From assembly GCA_964482695.1 (NCBI GenBank), contig CAYZYP010000001.1:4143-68142 (forward strand): 64,000 nucleotides of DNA, written 5' to 3'. Origin of the DNA: an uncultured Gammaproteobacteria bacterium (GTDB taxonomy: Bacteria; Patescibacteriota; Patescibacteriia; Magasanikbacterales; GWA2-37-8). Below, piece by piece: positions 32,982 to 43,018 of this stretch (position 1 is its first letter; every line of letters begins with the position of its first letter). The notes under the pieces are model-generated. The model worked only from the letters and a program-made list of their open reading frames with translations, ran no database searches and was not told the origin of the DNA. The translations under genes were made by a program, and so were the position numbers.

Positions 32982-34414
32982 TTTTTAATTTTTCTAAATA
33001 ATAATACCTTATTTTGATCATAAATTAGCTCAAATTCATTTGTTTTTTTTATTTTTTCAATTTCTTGCAAATATTCTGGATAGAGCAAAGGCAGTACGCG
33101 GTGACAATTGGTGTTTAAAAATATATAATCGCTTTTTGGCCAATTTATTGGAAATTCATAGATTTGCGCGCGGCTCGCGACGCGTGGAACCAGAGTATTG
33201 TCGGCTGTTACCGAGGCGTTACGCGGTATTAACGCCATGGCTTTAATGATGTCCGGTCGTTCTTGGCGAAAATAATGTTTAGCGGTAAAAATTTTGGTTA
33301 AATTTCCGCCTTCGTTAAACGGCACCGCTAACATTAAAATAAAGTTTATTAGAATTATGAGTGTTAAAATAAAATAGGTAGAAATAAAACGTAAACGTTG
33401 TAGAACCAGAGGAACGCCTATGGCCACGATAACAGAAAATTCTACCGAGTATTGGTATTGTGTGCCCCAATAATTCATATTTTGCGCTAAAAATTTCTGG
33501 GCAAAAAGTGGTACGAGTAAAATAGCTAGTCGTGGGTAAAAGAAAACTAAAAATCCTCCGGAAGTTAAAAAGAAATTCCATGTTAATAATTTAAGCGGAT
33601 GGTTAAAAGAAGCAGTGATAATTTCCATCGGCCGACTTAAAATATTTAGTAATGCCTCTAGCGGCCCATTGCCGTATTGCTGGTAATTGCCCCAAAAAGC
33701 GTAAGAATTTTGCAGAAAGAATGGTATCACTATTTTAATGACTAACAAGAAATAGATTAAACTAATAGCTGCTGTGATGAGTCCGTGAAAACGCAGTTTG
33801 CCTTTTTCAAAAATAATTAAAGATAATCCTAAAAATAAGGCAATTAAAGATAAATTTTCTTTGGCCAACAAAAGAAAGCCGAGCAGAATATAATAGTAAG
33901 TTATTTTCTTTTTTTCCAAAGCGTACAATATCCACGGCAAGAACATAATGCCAACAACATTGTTGTGGTAATCATAAGCCAAAGCAGAATAGTTGCCGTA
34001 AAAAAAATAAAAAATAAGCAGTCCGCCAAAAGCCAATAAGATATCTTGCGTTTTAAGTTTGATAAATAAGTAGACTCCCAGGCCGCCAAGTAAAATAGCA
34101 ATAATTTGGAATATCAATAAGGTGTAAGAACCGAACAGCCAATAAAAAGGAGAGACAATAAGCATTAATATCGCGAAATGGTTGCCTAATAAGATTGGTA
34201 CCTCATAAATAGTATTTGGCGCGATAGTAAAGTGAGCATATTGATACACGGCTTGATTGTAGATGCCAAGATCCCAAGCTGTTGTTTGGAAATTGTAATG
34301 TGGTACTATAGAGACAATAGAGTATAAGATGGCGAAAAAAGTAATAATGACGGCAAGCCATTTACTTTCGTGAGCGGCAAAATGTTGTTTTACTGCTGTC
34401 AGTGAGTTGGTCAT
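32978..34414 (-). CDS. DUF2079-like GT-C membrane protein
   Basis: 'WDLGIY.Q', 'GNHF', 'YDYH', 'KE', 'YQYS', 'IP..ASV.A'. Confidence 0.78.
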   Translation of the reverse strand: MTNSLTAVKQHFAAHESKWLAVIITFFAILYSIVSIVPHYNFQTTAWDLGIYNQAVYQYAHFTIAPNTIYEVPILLGNHFAILMLIVSPFYWLFGSYTLLIFQIIAILLGGLGVYLFIKLKTQDILLAFGGLLIFYFFYGNYSALAYDYHNNVVGIMFLPWILYALEKKKITYYYILLGFLLLAKENLSLIALFLGLSLIIFEKGKLRFHGLITAAISLIYFLLVIKIVIPFFLQNSYAFWGNYQQYGNGPLEALLNILSRPMEIITASFNHPLKLLTWNFFLTSGGFLVFFYPRLAILLVPLFAQKFLAQNMNYWGTQYQYSVEFSVIVAIGVPLVLQRLRFISTYFILTLIILINFILMLAVPFNEGGNLTKIFTAKHYFRQERPDIIKAMALIPRNASVTADNTLVPRVASRAQIYEFPINWPKSDYIFLNTNCHRVLPLLYPEYLQEIEKIKKTNEFELIYDQNKVLLFRKIKK

Positions 34415-34440
34415 AATGTTAAGTATAGGGTTAGTATTCT

Positions 34441-35193
34441 TTATTCCTCTGACCTATGTTTTTCTTCTTTTTTCAGGACGCATATTATCGAGACCCCACA
34501 AGGCAGTTTGATAAAATTTAGCGCCAGTGATTCTAGATAAAAGATAAATCCTAGTATTTTATTTAGATATTTATTTGGCATAAAGTCATCGGCCAGACCA
34601 AATTTTATATTGAATAAGTTTTTAAATAGTCTGTATATTAATATTGGTAGAAATAAAATAGCATTATAGTAACTAATAAATTCTATTTTTAAGCCGCTAT
34701 TTTTAAAAATTTGTTTTAATTTTCCAATTGTATAACGCCTTTTGTGCTGGAGCAGTGAATCGTGTTCTGACCATAAAAAATTAAAAGCCGGAATAGTTAT
34801 AACAACGAGCCCGTCTTTTTTTGTTAAGTCGTTTAATTTTTTAATTGAATCTTTCTCATTATCAATATGTTCTAAAACATCCAGCATGGTTATTAGATCA
34901 AATTTGTCGCTAATATTATCTTCGGGAAAACGACTTTTAAATATAGACAAAGAAGGAGAACGTCGTTTCGCGAATTTTATGGCTTCATCTGAAAATTCTA
35001 AACCACACACGTCAGTTGAAAATTGTTGTAGCCACACTAGGTTAAAGCCTGTTCCACAGCCAATATCTAGCGCTTTGACTATTTTTTTGTTTAAGAATTT
35101 TTTTAATAAATTTCCGATGATTAATCTTTTTCCGGCGTGCCACCAATGGAATTCTTCTACTTCTGACATTTGTTTATAAGCGCGTATATCCAT
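34441..35193 (-). CDS. Class I SAM-dependent methyltransferase
   Basis: 'E..HWW', 'LDIGCGTG', 'DVLEHI', 'LWS.HD....H.RRY'. Confidence 0.88.
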   Translation of the reverse strand: MDIRAYKQMSEVEEFHWWHAGKRLIIGNLLKKFLNKKIVKALDIGCGTGFNLVWLQQFSTDVCGLEFSDEAIKFAKRRSPSLSIFKSRFPEDNISDKFDLITMLDVLEHIDNEKDSIKKLNDLTKKDGLVVITIPAFNFLWSEHDSLLQHKRRYTIGKLKQIFKNSGLKIEFISYYNAILFLPILIYRLFKNLFNIKFGLADDFMPNKYLNKILGFIFYLESLALNFIKLPCGVSIICVLKKEEKHRSEE

Positions 35194-35262
35194 ATTATTA
35201 AGAATGTTGAATAACTATTTTATATTCGTCATTTTAAAACAAAATTCGCCATGAGTTCATTA

Positions 35263-36006
35263 TTAACGATGACGTGCTAGCATCCTGATTAGATCATAGA
35301 TAGACAATAAGGCGTCTCTTACCACATTAACCCTAGTATCTCTATTGTCAGACCAGATGACGCCAACCTCTTTAAGCTGGTAGTTGTTTTTTTTTGCTAG
35401 AAATAAAATTTCCGCGTCAAATACCCAACGGTTTATCATGGCCATGGAAAATATTTTTATGGCTGCTTTTTTGGAAAAAATTTTAAAGCCACAATTAAAG
35501 TCTTTGATTTTTACTCCTGTGGCCAGTTGAGACAAAAAAATGTAAAATTCGCCCATTTTTTGTCGACACCATGGCTGTTTTTTAGCTAAAAAGCTGTCAC
35601 AGCCTCTTCTGGTGCCGATTATTATCGGCAGGTGTTGAGCTATGAAAGGCAGAAATTTTTTTAATTCATCGAGCGATGTTGACATATCGGCGTCAATATT
35701 TAAGATATAGTCGCCATTTGCCGCCAAAATGCCTGTTTTTATGGCAAAACCTTTGCCTTTATTTGGTTGATAGTTTATCAGTCTAATTTGTTGATCCGTT
35801 TGTGCATTAATAAAATTTTCTATTATTTTTTTCGTGTTATCGCTGCTGCCGTCGTCTATAAAAATAATTTCTGTTTTTAATTCAGTATTAGTGCGCCAGT
35901 ATTTTTTGATTTCCTGAAAGGTAATATCTAATCTTTTTTCTTCGTTGTAGACCGGTATGACAATTGATAAAAAAAGAGTATCCTTTATTTTTTCCTGAGT
36001 TGTCAT
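35263..36006 (-). CDS. GT2 polyprenyl-phosphate glycosyltransferase (Alg5/DPM-like)
   Basis: 'SIVIPVYNE', 'DDGSSD', 'NKGKG', 'DAD', 'D..CGFK', 'FD.E.L'. Confidence 0.88.
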   Translation of the reverse strand: MTTQEKIKDTLFLSIVIPVYNEEKRLDITFQEIKKYWRTNTELKTEIIFIDDGSSDNTKKIIENFINAQTDQQIRLINYQPNKGKGFAIKTGILAANGDYILNIDADMSTSLDELKKFLPFIAQHLPIIIGTRRGCDSFLAKKQPWCRQKMGEFYIFLSQLATGVKIKDFNCGFKIFSKKAAIKIFSMAMINRWVFDAEILFLAKKNNYQLKEVGVIWSDNRDTRVNVVRDALLSIYDLIRMLARHR

Positions 36007-36084
36007 AATTTTAGATCGTTATTTTATATTGTTAAATAATTAATATCCCTTGGCGCAAGAAATAACATTTACGCGCACTTTAAT

Positions 36085-37137
36085 TTATTCAACTTGATAA
36101 TCAGCTGTTTTTAAAGCCTCAATAATTGGTTCTAAATTGCCTTCTAAAACATTGCCAATATTATTCCAACTTTGGTGGATGCGGTGGTCGGTAATTCTGT
36201 CTTGAGGGAAGTTATAAGTACGAATTTTTTCACTGCGATCGCCAGAGCCAATCTGCGCTAGGCGTTTTTTTGTCATTTCTTTTTCTTGTTTCTCTTTTTC
36301 TAGCGCGTACAATCTGGCGCGCAAAACTGCCATGGCTTTTTCTCTGTTAGCGGTTTGCGAACGTTCGTCTTGACACTGCACGATAGTATTAGTTGGTATA
36401 TGAACTATACGAACAGCGGAGTAAGTGGTATTAACACTTTGTCCGCCATGCCCGCCAGCGCAAAAAGTATCAAGACGTAAGTCTTTTGCTTCTATTTTAA
36501 ATTCTGCTTCTTCTATCTCTGGTAAAATGGCCACAGTAACAGTAGAAGTGTGTACGCGGCCGGATTTTTCAGTATCTGGCACTCGTTGCACGCGGTGCAC
36601 GCCCATTTCATATTTTAAATCTTTATTAACATTCTTTCCTTTGATAGAAAAAATAATTTCTTTAAAACCGCCGATGCCAATTTGGTTTGAACTAAGAATA
36701 CGCGTTTTCCAATGTTTGTTTTCCGCGTAACGGCTGTACATGCGGAATAATTCAGCGGCGAACAAAGCCGATTCATCACCACCAGCGCCAGCCCTAATTT
36801 CGACTATAACATCTTTTTTGTCTAGCGGATCTTGCGGGCGATTCATTTCGGATAAAGTTTTTTCTAGATTTTCTTTTTTATCTTTTAATTCCTGTATTTC
36901 TATACTGGCTAATTCACGCATTTGTTCGTCGGTTTCTTTGTCGATAATAATTTGTGTTTCTACACTGGCCTCTTCTATTTTTTTTAATTCTTCAATTTTT
37001 TCTATAATCGGCTGTAATTCGTTGTATTCTTGACCGGTTATTTTTAATTTTTTCGGATCATTAATCACAGCCGGAGTTTGTAAGCTGTTTTCTAGTTCAA
37101 CAAATTTTTGTAATAATTGAGTGTATTTTTGTAGCAT
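36085..37137 (-). CDS. prfA: Peptide chain release factor 1
   Basis: GGQ motif, '[10 protein letters not shown]' (PxT), '[12 protein letters not shown]'. Confidence 0.97.
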   Translation of the reverse strand: MLQKYTQLLQKFVELENSLQTPAVINDPKKLKITGQEYNELQPIIEKIEELKKIEEASVETQIIIDKETDEQMRELASIEIQELKDKKENLEKTLSEMNRPQDPLDKKDVIVEIRAGAGGDESALFAAELFRMYSRYAENKHWKTRILSSNQIGIGGFKEIIFSIKGKNVNKDLKYEMGVHRVQRVPDTEKSGRVHTSTVTVAILPEIEEAEFKIEAKDLRLDTFCAGGHGGQSVNTTYSAVRIVHIPTNTIVQCQDERSQTANREKAMAVLRARLYALEKEKQEKEMTKKRLAQIGSGDRSEKIRTYNFPQDRITDHRIHQSWNNIGNVLEGNLEPIIEALKTADYQVE

Positions 37138-37160
37138 ATCGTTTAGCCATGTTGTTTTAT

Positions 37161-37267
37161 AGTCTAAGTTATATACTGATTTTTTGTTGTCAATGGAAAC
37201 CCTCGGGAGGGCGACTGAGCGGAGCGAAGGAGTTTTGACAACAGAAAATCAGTATATAACTTAGACT
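37161..37267. repeat. 33-bp inverted repeat around a GC-rich core (family C)
   Basis: Arms 37161-37193 and 37235-37267 (1 mismatch); core contains gcgactgagcggagcgaaggag. Confidence 0.88.
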
Positions 37268-37333
37268 GAACTATATTATACCATAAATAAAAACAGACCC
37301 AAGATAATTGTAGTCTGTTTTATCATAAATTAC

Positions 37334-37636
37334 CTAAGCTTTCTTTTTTTCTTGACCAGTTTTTTCCGCTGCCTTTTTAGCCTGGGCTGTCGCTTTTTTA
37401 ACTTTTTTACCTTTACGTTTAAGCGCTGATTCGGTTTGTTTTTCCGCGCGGGCTTCAAATTTTTCTACTCTACGGGCAGTATCAACAAATTTTTGTTTGC
37501 CAGTATAAAATGGATGGCATTTATTACAAAGTTCCACGCGAATTTCTTTTAGCGTACTGCCAGTAGTAAAAGCATTGCCACAAGCGCAGGTTACTTGGCA
37601 ATCAGTATGGTATTTAGGATGAACGTCTTTTTTCAT
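37334..37636 (-). CDS. rpmE: 50S ribosomal protein L31 (Zn-binding type, Lys-rich tail)
   Basis: 'MKKDVHPKY', CACG, C..CHPFYTG, 'RVEKF'. Confidence 0.97.
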   Translation of the reverse strand: MKKDVHPKYHTDCQVTCACGNAFTTGSTLKEIRVELCNKCHPFYTGKQKFVDTARRVEKFEARAEKQTESALKRKGKKVKKATAQAKKAAEKTGQEKKKA

Positions 37637-37665
37637 AGTTTATTAGTTTTGTTTTAAGTGTGCAT

Positions 37666-37750
37666 ATAATAGCAATAAACTCTATTAAAGTCAACTATTG
37701 TTTTATCCCCATTAATATCGCTTGACTAAAACTGTTGTTTTAGCTATAAT
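37666..37750. promoter_or_regulatory. Divergent sigma70 promoters for rpmE and rpsB
   Basis: Minus: TTGACT (37694-37689)-N17-TATTAT with TG; plus: TTGACT (37722-37727)-N17-TATAAT (37745-37750). Confidence 0.7.
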
Positions 37751-37906
37751 TTAAGCCATAATTTTAATCACTCACCCGCCTTCGCCCCAAAGGGGCTCCG
37801 GCGGGCAAGTCAACTGGCTTGCCTGCTTAAAATATTTTCCTCCTCTAAACACTTAGAGGTAGCGGCGGGGAGGTATCCCATTTGGGATTAATTAAGGAAA
37901 AAAAAT

Positions 37907-38683
37907 ATGGTCAAGTTACCTACACTTGTCGAGATGCTAAAAGCTGGCGTGCATTTTGGGCACCAGAAGTCGCGTTGGCATCCAAAAATGGAAAAGTTTA
38001 TTTTTACCACGCGCAATAACGTGCATATTATTGATTTAGAAAAAACCTCAGAAGAATTGAACAAAGCTTTGGATTATGTAAAAAATTTAACAAGTAGCGG
38101 CAAAGTAATATTATTTGTCGGTACTAAACACCAAGCCAAAGAATTGATTAAAAACGCCGCGACAAGTTGCGGGGCGCCATATGTAACCGAAAGATGGATT
38201 GGTGGATTGCTCACTAATTTCAACGAAGTTAAAAGACGTCTTAAAAAATATCGTGAATTAAAAGAACAAGTAGCGACAGGCGAGATAGAAAAGTATACTA
38301 AAAAAGAACAAAGCGAATTAAAAAAGAAATTAGAAAAAATGGAAAGGTATTTATCTGGTTTAATAGATCTTAAAGCCATGCCAGATGCTTTGTATATCGC
38401 AGATATGCGGGTAGACAAGACAGCTTTGAGCGAAGCTGCGCGCAAGAAAGTGCCTGTAGTGGCTGTTAGCGACAGTAACACCAATCCAGAAAAAGTTACT
38501 CGCGCTATTCCAGCCAACGACGATGCTGTTAATTCTATAAAAATTATAGTTGATTTAATAGCCGAAGCGGTAAAAGAAGGAAAATTAGAACTAGAGAAAA
38601 AACAGTTAGAAGTTTCTGTTGCCAAAAAGCCGGAAGTAGTTAGAAAAGAACGCAAGGCGCAAAAGAAAGAAGAATCTTTGTAG
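37907..38683 (+). CDS. rpsB: 30S ribosomal protein S2
   Basis: 'AGVHFGH', 'FVGTK', 'RWIGGLLTN', 'PANDDA'. Confidence 0.98.
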   Translation: MVKLPTLVEMLKAGVHFGHQKSRWHPKMEKFIFTTRNNVHIIDLEKTSEELNKALDYVKNLTSSGKVILFVGTKHQAKELIKNAATSCGAPYVTERWIGGLLTNFNEVKRRLKKYRELKEQVATGEIEKYTKKEQSELKKKLEKMERYLSGLIDLKAMPDALYIADMRVDKTALSEAARKKVPVVAVSDSNTNPEKVTRAIPANDDAVNSIKIIVDLIAEAVKEGKLELEKKQLEVSVAKKPEVVRKERKAQKKEESL

Positions 38684-38729
38684 AAACAAGCTGGTTTCTC
38701 GTATAGGTTTAAAATTAATTTAATCTATT

Positions 38730-39599
38730 ATGATTATCTCCACTCAAGATATTTCTCAATTGCGCGCGACAACTGGCGCTGGCATGATGGATTGTAAAAA
38801 AGCTTTAGAAGAAGCAAATGGCGACAAAGAAAAGGCCGCAGAAATTTTGCGCAAGAAAGGTATTGTTAAAGCCGCTAAAAGAGCCGACAAAACAGCTGCC
38901 GAAGGTTTGGTACAAATTAAGGTTCAGGGTAAAACAGCAGTAATGGTAGAAGTAAATTCTGAAACCGATTTTGTTGCCAAGAATGATGATTTCAAAATGT
39001 TGATTGAAAAAATAATGGATAGTTTGTTAGAAAATAAACCGGCAAACTTGGAGCAGGCTTTGAATGTCGAAGCCAATGGCAATAAAAAAACTCAAGATCT
39101 ATTAACCGAACTAACCGGGAAGATTGGTGAAAAATTATCTTTCCGCCGTTTTGTTGTTTTAGAAAAGAATGATAACGAGGTTTTTGGCTCGTATACTCAT
39201 ATGGGCGGTAAAATCGGCGTTTTGATTTTACTTGTCGGTGGTACAGAAGAATTAGCGCGCGATATTGCCATGCACGCGGCAGCAGCTAACCCAAAATATT
39301 TAGATAGATCACAAATAGCTAACGATGTGCTAGAAAAAGAAAAAGAAATTTATAGCGAACAATTAAAAGTTCAGAATAAGCCGGCTAATATTATAGAAAA
39401 TATTTTAAAAGGCAAGTTAGAAAAATTTTACGAAGAGGTTTGCTTGCTTGATCAGGTATACATTAAAGATGATAGTAAAAAAGTTGGACAAATGTTGGGT
39501 GGCGACGTGAAAATAAAACAGTTTATACGTTATGAATTGGGAGAAGGGATAGAAAAGAAAAGTAGCGATTTCGCGGCCGAAGTAAACGCGCAGTTATAG
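38730..39599 (+). CDS. tsf: Elongation factor Ts
   Basis: 'LR..TGAGMMDCKKAL', 'EVNSETDFVAKN'. Confidence 0.98.
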   Translation: MIISTQDISQLRATTGAGMMDCKKALEEANGDKEKAAEILRKKGIVKAAKRADKTAAEGLVQIKVQGKTAVMVEVNSETDFVAKNDDFKMLIEKIMDSLLENKPANLEQALNVEANGNKKTQDLLTELTGKIGEKLSFRRFVVLEKNDNEVFGSYTHMGGKIGVLILLVGGTEELARDIAMHAAAANPKYLDRSQIANDVLEKEKEIYSEQLKVQNKPANIIENILKGKLEKFYEEVCLLDQVYIKDDSKKVGQMLGGDVKIKQFIRYELGEGIEKKSSDFAAEVNAQL

Positions 39600-39627
39600 G
39601 TAAAAAATGCTTTGTTAGTGTTAAACT

Positions 39628-39657
39628 AAAACACTCTGACTAAAGTTGGGGTGTTTT
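39628..39657 (+). terminator. Probable intrinsic terminator after tsf
   Basis: aaaacactctgac-taaa-gttggggtgtttt. Confidence 0.55.
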
Positions 39658-39693
39658 AATTTTGATGGATGTTTGGTATAATAGTAACGTTTT

Positions 39694-40965
39694 ATGCGTA
39701 TTGTAGATAAAATTTTAAGTGATCGTTTTTTTAAAAACAGTGCTATTTATTTTACCGGGACAGTAGCAGTTGGCTTTTTGAATTATTTATTTCACCCAAT
39801 ACTTAGCAGATTAATGGGAGTGGAAGATTTTGGCGATGTACAAGCCTTTTTATCGTTTTTTGTTTTAGTAGGACCTTTGGTAGCGGTTTTTGGCAGTATT
39901 TGTGTTAATATTACGGCCCACAGCGGAGACGAGAAAGAAAAGATAATAATTATTTCCCATTTAAGAAAAATAGCCTTTTACGTGGCCGCGGCTGTTTTTT
40001 TGTTTTTGCTAGCCAGCAGTTATTTTTTAAAAGGATTTTTTAATTTTTCTTCTCTGTCTTCTTTTATTTTGTTATTAGTTTCTCCATTACTTGTGGTTTC
40101 TATTACCATGAGGAATGCTTTCTTGCAGGGTACGCGCAATTTTAAGTCATTGGCGTATAATGGAATAATAGCTTCAATTAGCCGTTTGGTTTTTTCGGTT
40201 TTGTTTGTCGTTATTGGTTGGCACGTTTTTGGAGCGGTCTGCGGCATGTTGATGGCACAATTGGTTACTTTGGGATATTTGTTTTGGAAAACAAAAGATA
40301 AATTAACTTTTGTTCCGGTGTTAGGTCCGTTATTTACAAAAAAAATTTATGGCGAGTTGGGGTATGGTTTATTGGTGTTGGTTGTTTCTTTAACCGCGAC
40401 TTTTCTTTATAGCGCCGATGTTTTGGTTGTCAAACATTATTTTTCCGCGACTCAAGCCGGGTTATATAGCGGCATAGCCATAGTAGGCAGGGTTATTTTT
40501 TTTCTCAGCGCTTCTGTCGGAGCGGTTTTGTTTCCTTCTATAACCAAAGATAATACGGTAGCGGAAAATAATAAATTACTGTTTAAGGCTTTGTTTATTG
40601 TTTTTTTGCTTGGTGGCAGCGCCTGTTTATTTTTTGTTTTATTTCCCAGCTGGCTGGTTCACTTACTGATAGGCTCAAGATATTTAGATTATGTTTATTT
40701 ATTGCCTAGATTAGGGCTTTTGTCGTTTTTGGCGGCAATAGCGCAGATTTTGTTTTTTTACTATCTAGCTCTGCGGCAAAAATTTATATTATTTCCGGCA
40801 ATTATCGGCGTAACGATAGATGTGTTGCTTTCATATTTTAATCATGCTAATCTATACGCGATAGTGAATAATTTTATCTTTGGCAGTTTAACTGTGATAA
40901 TACTTTTGATTATTCCACGGCTGTATGTATATTTTAAACCAAAAACATGGCAGAAAATAAATTAA
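39694..40965 (+). CDS. Wzx-like oligosaccharide flippase
   Basis: About 12 TMs; 'LNY......SR.MG...FG', 'D...VKH.F....AG.Y'. Confidence 0.85.
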   Translation: MRIVDKILSDRFFKNSAIYFTGTVAVGFLNYLFHPILSRLMGVEDFGDVQAFLSFFVLVGPLVAVFGSICVNITAHSGDEKEKIIIISHLRKIAFYVAAAVFLFLLASSYFLKGFFNFSSLSSFILLLVSPLLVVSITMRNAFLQGTRNFKSLAYNGIIASISRLVFSVLFVVIGWHVFGAVCGMLMAQLVTLGYLFWKTKDKLTFVPVLGPLFTKKIYGELGYGLLVLVVSLTATFLYSADVLVVKHYFSATQAGLYSGIAIVGRVIFFLSASVGAVLFPSITKDNTVAENNKLLFKALFIVFLLGGSACLFFVLFPSWLVHLLIGSRYLDYVYLLPRLGLLSFLAAIAQILFFYYLALRQKFILFPAIIGVTIDVLLSYFNHANLYAIVNNFIFGSLTVIILLIIPRLYVYFKPKTWQKIN

Positions 40966-41888
40966 TATCCATTATTGTTCCGGTTTATAATGAAGAGGAA
41001 AATATACCTCTGCTTTACGATGAGTTAAAGCAAGAATTGGCTAAATTAAACTACAATCACGAATTGATTTTTGTTGACGACGGTAGTACTGACAAAACAA
41101 AAGAAATTATCAACAAATTAATTGACAGTGACCAAAATATTAAATTAATAGAGTTTACCAGAAATTTTGGCAAAGAAGCGGCCACTACCGCCGGTATTAA
41201 TATGTGTAATGGCGATGCTTGTATAATATTAGACGCGGATTTACAACATCCAATAAAATATATTCCAGAATTTATCAAAAAGTGGGAAACAGGCGATGAA
41301 GTGGTAATAGGCGTCAAAAGCAAAGAAAACGAAAGAAGTTTTTTTAGACGAGCCTGTTCGTCATTATTTTATTGGCTGATGAACAGTATATCTAGTACGC
41401 CAATCATACCTCATTCTACTGATTTTAGATTGTTAGATAGAATAGTAATAGACGAATTTAATAAATTAACCGAACGTAACAGAATGACTAGGGGGTTAGT
41501 GGCTTGGCTTGGTTTTAAAAGAAGCCACATTACTTTTATTGTTGGCGAAAGACACGCTGGCAAAGTGAAATATAGTTATCCCAAGTTATTTAAATTGGCG
41601 ATGCATACTTTTGTCGGACATAGTTTATTGCCTTTAAAATTAGCCGGTTATTTGGGCATATTTATTACTTTTTCTTCTGGCTCATTAGGTTTTTTCATTT
41701 TAATTGAAAGGTATATTTTAAACGATCCTTGGAATTTGGGTTTTTCCGGCCCTGCTATTTTGGCCATAATAATCTTGTTTTTAGTAGGTATAATTTTGAT
41801 TTGTCTTGGTTTGATAGCTTTGTACGTCGGCAATATTCATGGCGAGGTAAGGGGCAGGCCGTTGTATGTGATTAGAAGGAAATTGTAA
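40947..41888 (+). CDS. GT2 GtrB/YkoT-like glycosyltransferase
   Basis: 'PVYNEE', 'DDGSTD', 'RNFGKE', 'DADLQHP', 'DFRLLDR', two C-terminal TMs, 'RPLYVI'. Confidence 0.9.
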   Translation: MAENKLISIIVPVYNEEENIPLLYDELKQELAKLNYNHELIFVDDGSTDKTKEIINKLIDSDQNIKLIEFTRNFGKEAATTAGINMCNGDACIILDADLQHPIKYIPEFIKKWETGDEVVIGVKSKENERSFFRRACSSLFYWLMNSISSTPIIPHSTDFRLLDRIVIDEFNKLTERNRMTRGLVAWLGFKRSHITFIVGERHAGKVKYSYPKLFKLAMHTFVGHSLLPLKLAGYLGIFITFSSGSLGFFILIERYILNDPWNLGFSGPAILAIIILFLVGIILICLGLIALYVGNIHGEVRGRPLYVIRRKL

Positions 41889-41938
41889 TTTTCGTATTTC
41901 GTATCCTATTGATTTTATAACTAATATATTAGCATTAT

Positions 41939-42877
41939 ATGTCAAAACGCATTCTTGTCACAGGCGGCGCCGGGTTTATTGGTTCTCATTTATGTAAAAG
42001 GCTTTTGCGTGATGGCCATGAAGTTTTGTGTTTGGATAATTTTTTTACTGGCTCCAAAGATAATGTGATGGAGCTGTTGGACAACAAATACTTTGAGATT
42101 ATCCGCCACGATGTCACCCAGCCAATTTTGTTAGAAGTGGACGAGATTTATCATTTGGCTTGTCCGGCTTCGCCTATACACTATCAGTATAATCCGGTGA
42201 AAACTATCAAAACCAATATCATGGGGACTCTTAATATATTAGGATTGGCCAAAAGAGTGGGCGCTAAATTTTTGTTTACGTCTACTTCCGAGGTCTATGG
42301 TGATCCAAAAGAGCACCCGCAAAAAGAAACGTATAACGGCAATGTTAATTGCGTTGGCACGCGTTCGTGTTATGACGAAGGTAAGCGTTGCGCGGAAGCG
42401 CTATGCATAGATTACCATCGGATGAACAAAGTTGATATCCGTATTGTGCGTATTTTTAATACCTATGGGCCGAATATGCACGCCAGTGATGGCAGGGTGG
42501 TGTCTAATTTTATTGTTCAGGCTTTGCAGAATAAAGATATTACTATTTATGGTGATGGCTCGCAGACAAGATCTTTTCAATATGTGGACGATTTAGTAAA
42601 TGGTTTGATTTTAATGATGAATAACCCCTCTGGCTTTATTGGGCCGGTGAATATTGGTAATCCACATGAATTTACAATAAAGGAATTAGCGGAAAAAGTT
42701 TTAAAATTTATTCCTAAAAGTAAAAGCAAACTTGTTTTTCAACCATTGCCAGCCGATGATCCAAAACAAAGAAAACCAGATATATCTTTGGCTAAAAAAG
42801 AACTGGGTTGGGAGCCGGAAGTTGATTTAGTGGATGGGTTGAAAAAGACGATTGGGTATTTTAGAAAGAAGTTATAA
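41939..42877 (+). CDS. uxs: UDP-glucuronate decarboxylase (UDP-xylose synthase)
   Basis: GGAGFIG, 'HLACPASP', 'STSEVYGDP', 'RSCYDEGKR', 'DGRVVSNF'. Confidence 0.92.
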   Translation: MSKRILVTGGAGFIGSHLCKRLLRDGHEVLCLDNFFTGSKDNVMELLDNKYFEIIRHDVTQPILLEVDEIYHLACPASPIHYQYNPVKTIKTNIMGTLNILGLAKRVGAKFLFTSTSEVYGDPKEHPQKETYNGNVNCVGTRSCYDEGKRCAEALCIDYHRMNKVDIRIVRIFNTYGPNMHASDGRVVSNFIVQALQNKDITIYGDGSQTRSFQYVDDLVNGLILMMNNPSGFIGPVNIGNPHEFTIKELAEKVLKFIPKSKSKLVFQPLPADDPKQRKPDISLAKKELGWEPEVDLVDGLKKTIGYFRKKL

Positions 42878-42917
42878 ACGCGGTAATATTTAAAGTTTAC
42901 TTAAATTATACGCCTTG

Positions 42918-42983
42918 CGCCAGCGGAAAATACTTTTGAATCGCGGGCTATCGCCCGCGCTCAAAAAGTATTTTCCGCTGGCG
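42918..42983 (+). repeat. Palindromic intergenic element, family A copy 2
   Basis: cgccagcggaaaatacttttga...gcgggc-tatc-gcccgc...tcaaaaagtattttccgctggcg. Confidence 0.9.
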
Positions 42984-43018
42984 TGGCGCGTGAATAATAT
43001 TAGTTTGTTAATAAAGTT

